A DNA stretch of 64,000 nt, from contig JARDVH010000121.1 of assembly GCA_030324005.1 (NCBI GenBank), forward strand, positions 27,012,549 to 27,076,548, in the 5' to 3' direction. A program made the position numbers and the translations under genes. Under the pieces are notes generated by a model that saw only the letters and a list, made by a program, of their open reading frames with translations, was not told where the DNA came from and made no database searches. How positions within the stretch are numbered: position 1 is the stretch's first letter; the number at the start of each line of letters is the position of its first letter. This DNA comes from Negaprion brevirostris. Its lineage: Eukaryota. Below, in pieces: positions 61,790-64,000 of this stretch.

Positions 61790-63626
61790 CAAATAGAAAC
61801 TAGGAGGAAGCCATTTGGCCCCTTGAGGCTGCTTCACCATTCATCATGATCATGGCTGGTCATCCAACTCTAGCTTAATTCTGCTTTCTCCCCATAACCT
61901 TTTGATCCCATTTGCCCTAAGTGCTATATCTAGCCAGTTCTTTAAATACATTATTTTGGCATGAACTGCTTCCTGTAGTAATGAATTCCACAGGCTCACC
62001 ACTCTTTGGGTAAAGAAATATCTCCTTAGCTCTGTTCTAAATGGTCTGCCCTGAATCCTCAGCCTGACTGCTAGTTCTGGACTTCCCCCACCATCAGGAA
62101 TATCCTCCTGCATCTACTGTCTAGTCCTGTTAGAATTTATGTCTTTGCAATTTCTCCCTCATCTTCTGAACTCCAGTGAAAACAATCTCAACCTTGACAC
62201 TCTCCTCATACATCAGTCCTGCCATCACTGGACTCAGCCTGAACTGTGCACAGTATTCTAGGTGTGGCCTCACCAAGGCCCTGTGTAATTGCAACAACAC
62301 ATCTCTGCTCCTGTACACTCAACCCCTCTCAATGAAGCCGTTTGCTGCCTTTACAACACTATCTGCTGCGCCTACATGCTTATCTTTAGTGACTGGTGCA
62401 CAACGATGTGCAGGTCTTGCTGCACACTTTCCCTCTCCCAACTTGCAGCCATTTTGATAGTAATCTGCCACCTTGTTCTTGCTTACAAGTGAATACCCTC
62501 ATTTATCCAATTATACTGCATCTGCCACTGATTAGCCTGTTCAGATCATGCTGGAGGATCTCTGCATACTCTTCAGTTCACCCTTGCACCCAGTTTGGTA
62601 TCATCTGCAAACAGATGTTACATTTTGTGTGTTCATCCAAGTCATTGTATATTGTAAATAGCTCAGGTCCCAGCACTAATCCCTGTGGCATCTCACTAGT
62701 TACTGCCTGACAATCTGAAAAGGATCCATTAATTCCTACTTTGTTTCCTCTCTGCCATCCAGTTTTCTATCCATCTCTAACTCTTTCCCACCTCATACCC
62801 CTTAATCTCATGATTAATCTCTGATACAGGACTTTGCCAAATGTTTTCAAAGTCCAAATGATCACATCAACTGGCTCCCCCTTGTCAACTGTGCTAGTTA
62901 CAATTTTGAAGAATTTTAACATTTGTTAAGCATGATTTCCCCTTCATAAATCCATGCTGACTGATCCTGCCACTGCTTGTTAAATGCTCTGCTATAAATC
63001 ATTTATAATAGATTTGAGAAATTCCCCACTACAATACGAGGCTTACTAGTCTAGTTCCCTGTTTTTTTTAAATATAGGAGTGAGTTAGCTACCCTCCATT
63101 CTGCAGGCATTATTCCAGAATCTATAGAATCCTGGAGGATGACCATCAATGCAGCCACTATTTCTAGAGCCACTTAAGTACTTGGATGTAGATTATCAGG
63201 CCCTACTAATATTGATCTCCTTCAGTTCTCTCTTACATTCTCCAACATTTCAGGTATCTGATTTGTCCTCTTTAGTGAAGACAATCAAAATATATATTCA
63301 GTTGCTCAGCCATTTTTGTCCTCCTATTATACATTTCCCCCACTTCTCTAAAGGTCTTCACCAACCTCTTCCTCTTAAGTATCTATAGAAACTTAGTGTC
63401 AATCTTTATGTTCCTTGGAAGCTTTTGTATTGTATTTTTCTCTTAATTGCTTGATCCTCCTTTACTGAATTCTGAACTGCTCCCAATCCTCAGACCTATT
63501 TGCCTTGGCCAATCTATGCATTTTCCTTGGATCTGATACTATCTCTAATTTCCTTTGTAAGCCATGGATTGGCCCTCTTGCCCATTTTGCTTTTGTGCCA
63601 GACAGGAATAACCTGTTGCTATTTGT
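61790..63626 (-). mobile_element. CR1 LINE ORF2 fragments, reverse orientation
   Basis: Minus ORFs read RSRDVLLQLHRALVRPHLEYCAQF and PFRTELRRYFFTQRVVSLWNSL. Confidence 0.85.
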
Positions 63627-63726
63627 NNNNNNNNNNNNNNNNNNNNNNNNNNNNNNNNNNNNNNNNNNNNNNNNNNNNNNNNNNNNNNNNNNNNNNNNNN
63701 NNNNNNNNNNNNNNNNNNNNNNNNNN

Positions 63727-64000
63727 CCTTATGAAGATAGGCTGAGGGAGCTAGGTCTCTTCCTGGAGCGACAAAGGTTGAGAGGTGACCTGATAGAGGT
63801 TTATAAAATGTTGAGAGGAATAGATAGGGTGCATTCTTGGAGGCTATGTCCCAGGGCTGAAATGGTTGCTACGAGAGGACACTGGGAAGCAAGTACAGAG
63901 GAGATGTTAGGGGTAAGTTTTTCACTCAAAGGTGGTGAGTGGAATTGGCTGCCATCGGTGGTGGTAGAGGCAAACTCGCTGGGGTCTTTTAAAAACTTCT
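63727..64000 (+). mobile_element. CR1 LINE 3' fragment
   Basis: YEDRLRELGL...RLRGDLIEVYKMLRGIDRV is readable after the gap. Confidence 0.85.

Overview
Vertebrate genomic DNA, most likely from a shark or other elasmobranch (inferred from the HE1/V-SINE, Deu-domain SINE, CR1, L2 and Penelope repeats). It is AT-rich, repeat-dense and has several N gaps. Two spliced protein-coding genes lie head-to-head and both run off the window. ZNFX1 (SF1/UPF1-like helicase, antiviral RNA sensor) is on the minus strand: 10 coding exons were traced in phase from the ATG at 29963 to 4081, with ISRE-rich candidate promoters at about 36.3-36.6 kb and 38.2-38.5 kb. Aurora kinase A is on the plus strand: it has a CpG-island promoter with CCAAT and CDE/CHR elements at about 43.7-44.0 kb and 6 coding exons from 46589 to 61017. 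Almost all other ORFs in the track are LINE debris or noise. The most notable unexplained structures are: a ~210-bp poly(A)-tailed element with a U2 snRNA-derived head (30898-31107); a 623-bp TGT...ACA element with ~95-bp TIRs and a 4-bp TSD, resembling a non-autonomous Ginger transposon (14335-14957); and fold-back Penelope-like insertions with TSDs and minimal hammerhead ribozyme motifs, one of which keeps its core and abuts the AURKA promoter. Exon boundaries were read by eye. Repeat boundaries and family names are approximate and were not checked against a database.
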